From the human T2T-CHM13v2.0 reference genome, Homo sapiens, in assembly GCF_009914755.1 (NCBI RefSeq), contig NC_060937.1: a DNA stretch of 64,000 nucleotides; one strand, 5' to 3'. The stretch's first letter is position 1. Each line of letters opens with the position of its first letter. The position numbers and the translations under genes were made by a program. The notes below the pieces were generated by a model. That model did not search any database. It had not been told where the DNA came from and was given only the letters and a program-made list of their open reading frames with translations. Of this stretch, positions 57,767 through 64,000 are shown piece after piece.

Positions 57767-58690
57767 AAGAAAAGAAAAAGGAGGGTGGGAGGAGCCAAGA
57801 TGGCGGAATAGGAACAGCTCCGGTCTACAGCTCCCAGCCTGAGCGACGCAGAAGACGGGTGATTTCTGCATTTCCATCTGAGGTACCGGGTTCATATCAC
57901 TAGGGAGTGCCAGACAGTGGGCACAGGTCAGTGGGTGCACGCATCATGCGCGAGCCGAAGCAGGGCGAGGCATTGCCTTGCTCGGGAAGCGCAAGGGGTC
58001 AGGGAGTTACCTTTCCTAATCAAAGAAAGGGGTGACAGACGGCACCTGGAGAATCGGGTCACTCCCACCCGAATACTGTGCTTTTCTGACGGGCTTAAAA
58101 AACGGCGCACCAGGAGATTATATCCCACACCTGGCTCGGAGGGTCCTACCCCACGGAGTCTCGCTGATTGCTAGCACAGCAGTCTGAGATCAAACTGCAA
58201 GGCGGCAGTGAGGCTGGGGGAGGGGCGCCCACCATTGCCCAGGCTTGCTTGGGTAAACAAAGCAGCCGGGAAGCTCGAACTGGGTGGAGCCCACCACAGC
58301 TCAAGGAGGCCTGCCTGCCTCTGTAGGCTCCACCTCTGGGGGCAGGGCACAGACAAACAAAAAGACAGCAGTAACCTCTGCAGACTTAAATGTCCCTGTC
58401 TGAGAGCTGTGAAGAGAGCAGTGGTTCTCCCAGTATGCAGCTGGAGATCTGAGAACGGGCAGACTCCCTCCTCAAGTGGGTCCCTGACCCCTGACCCCCA
58501 GGCAGCCTAACTGGGAGGCACCCTCCAACAGGGGCACACTGACACCTCACACTGCAGGGTACTCCAGCAGACCTGCAGCTGAGGGTCCTGTCTGTTAGAA
58601 GGAAAACTAACAAACAGAAAGGACATCCACACCAAAAACCCATCTGTACATCACCATCATCAAAGACCAAAAGGAGATAAAACCACAAAG

Positions 58691-59706
58691 ATGGGGAAAA
58701 AACAGAACAGAAAAACTGGAAACTCTAAAAAGCAGAGCGCCTCTCCTCCTCCAAAGGAACGCAGTTCCTCACCAGCAACGGAACAAAGCTGGATGGAGAA
58801 TGACTTTGACGAGCTGAGAGAAGAAGGCTTCAGACGATCAAATTACTCTGAGCTACGGGAGGACATTCAAACCAAAGGCAAAGAAGTTGAAAACTTTGAA
58901 AAAAATTTAGAAGAATGTATAACTAAAATAACCAATACAGAGAAGTGCTTAAAGGAGCTGATGGAGCTGAAAACCAAGGCTCGAGAACTACGTGAAGAAT
59001 GCAGAAGCCTCAGGAGCCGATGCGATCAACTGGAAGAAAGGGTATCAGCGATGGAAGATGAAATGAATGAAATGAAGTGGGAAGGAAAGTTCAGGGAAAA
59101 AAGAATAAAAAGAAACAAGCAAAGCTCCAAGAAATATGGGACTATGTGAAAAGACCAAATCTACGTCTGATTGGTGTACCTGAAAGTGATGGGGAGAATG
59201 GAACCAAGTTGGAAAACACTCTGCAGAATATTATCCAGGAGAATTTCCCCAATCTAGCAAGGCAGGCCAACGTTCAGATTCAGGAAATACAGAGAACGCC
59301 ACAAAGATACTCCTCGAGAAGAGCAACTCCAAGACACATAATTGTCAGATTCACCAAAGTTGAAATGAAGGAAAAAATGTTAAGGGCAGCCAGAGAGAAA
59401 GGTCGGGTTACCCTCAAAGGGAAGCCCATCAGACTAACAGCAGATCTCTCGGCAGAAACCCTACAAGCCAGAAGAGAGTGGGGGCCAATATTGAACATTC
59501 TTAAAGAAAAGAATTTTCAACCCAGAATTTCATATGTAGCCAAACTAAGCTTCATAAGTGAAGGAGAAATAAAATACTTTACAGACAAGCAAATGCTGAG
59601 AGATTTTGTCACCACCAGGCCTGCCCTAAAAGAGCTCCTGAAGGAAGCGCTAAACATGGAAAGGAACAACCGGTACCAGCCGCTGCAAAATCATGCCAAA
59701 ATGTAA
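58691..59706 (+). pseudogene. L1 ORF1p, broken by a 1-bp frameshift near 59125
   Basis: Two overlapping ORFs (MGKKQNRKTGNSK... and ...LQEIWDYVKRPNLRLIGVPE...NHAKM*). Confidence 0.92.
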
Positions 59707-59754
59707 CGACCATCGAGACTAGGAAGAAACTGCATCAACTAACTAGCAAAATAA

Positions 59755-63588
<3,834 letters not shown>

Positions 63589-64000
63589 ACAATGAGATCA
63601 CATGGACACAGGAAGGGGAATATCACACTCTGGGGACTGTGGTGGGGTGGGGGGAGGGGGGAGGGATAGCATTGGGAGATATACCTAATGCTAGATGACG
63701 AGTTAGTGGGTGCAGCACACCAGCATGGCACATGTATACGTATGTAACTAACCTGCACAATGTGCACATGTACCCTAAAACTTAAAGTATAATAATAAAA
63801 AGTAAATAAATAAATAAATAAAAGAAAAGAAAAAGGAAAGGAAGGAAAGAAAGAAATAACCAAGTAACTAACTAAATAAATTAGAGTTGTATTCCAAGAG
63901 CCAAAGGGGATGACCCAGTTTATTTGGAATGAAGTCTGTTGGTCAAGCTACTGATGGAAATAAGCTCAGGTACTACATTAGGGCTATTACATCTTAAGAG

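Overview
Human (primate) genomic DNA that I recognise as the 13q14.11 MRPS31-SLC25A15-TPTE2P5 interval. The window opens in MRPS31 exon 1 (- strand). It contains the complete SLC25A15/ORNT1 gene (+; non-coding exon 1 in a CpG island, 6 coding exons giving an intact 301-aa protein, and a ~2.8-kb 3'UTR carrying MIR621 between inverted Alus). It also holds the last three degenerate exons of a TPTE/TPTE2 pseudogene (-), an old full-length L1PA15-17-like element, a full-length but inactivated L1PA2-like element, roughly 40 Alus, several LTRs and DNA-transposon MITEs. Most notable: the 18-kb 'intergenic' gap between MRPS31 and SLC25A15 appears to hide a decayed 8-exon protein-coding gene on the - strand. 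Its exons join in phase into ~263 codons, with three TGA stops, an Alu at one acceptor and a GTG start, and it lies head-to-head with SLC25A15 on the same CpG island. Also notable: a Tigger3a MITE inserted into the 5' splice site of the first coding exon of SLC25A15, and a MER85 piggyBac MITE with an extra inverted end. Repeat boundaries are approximate and repeat subfamily names come from recalled consensus sequences; no searches were run.
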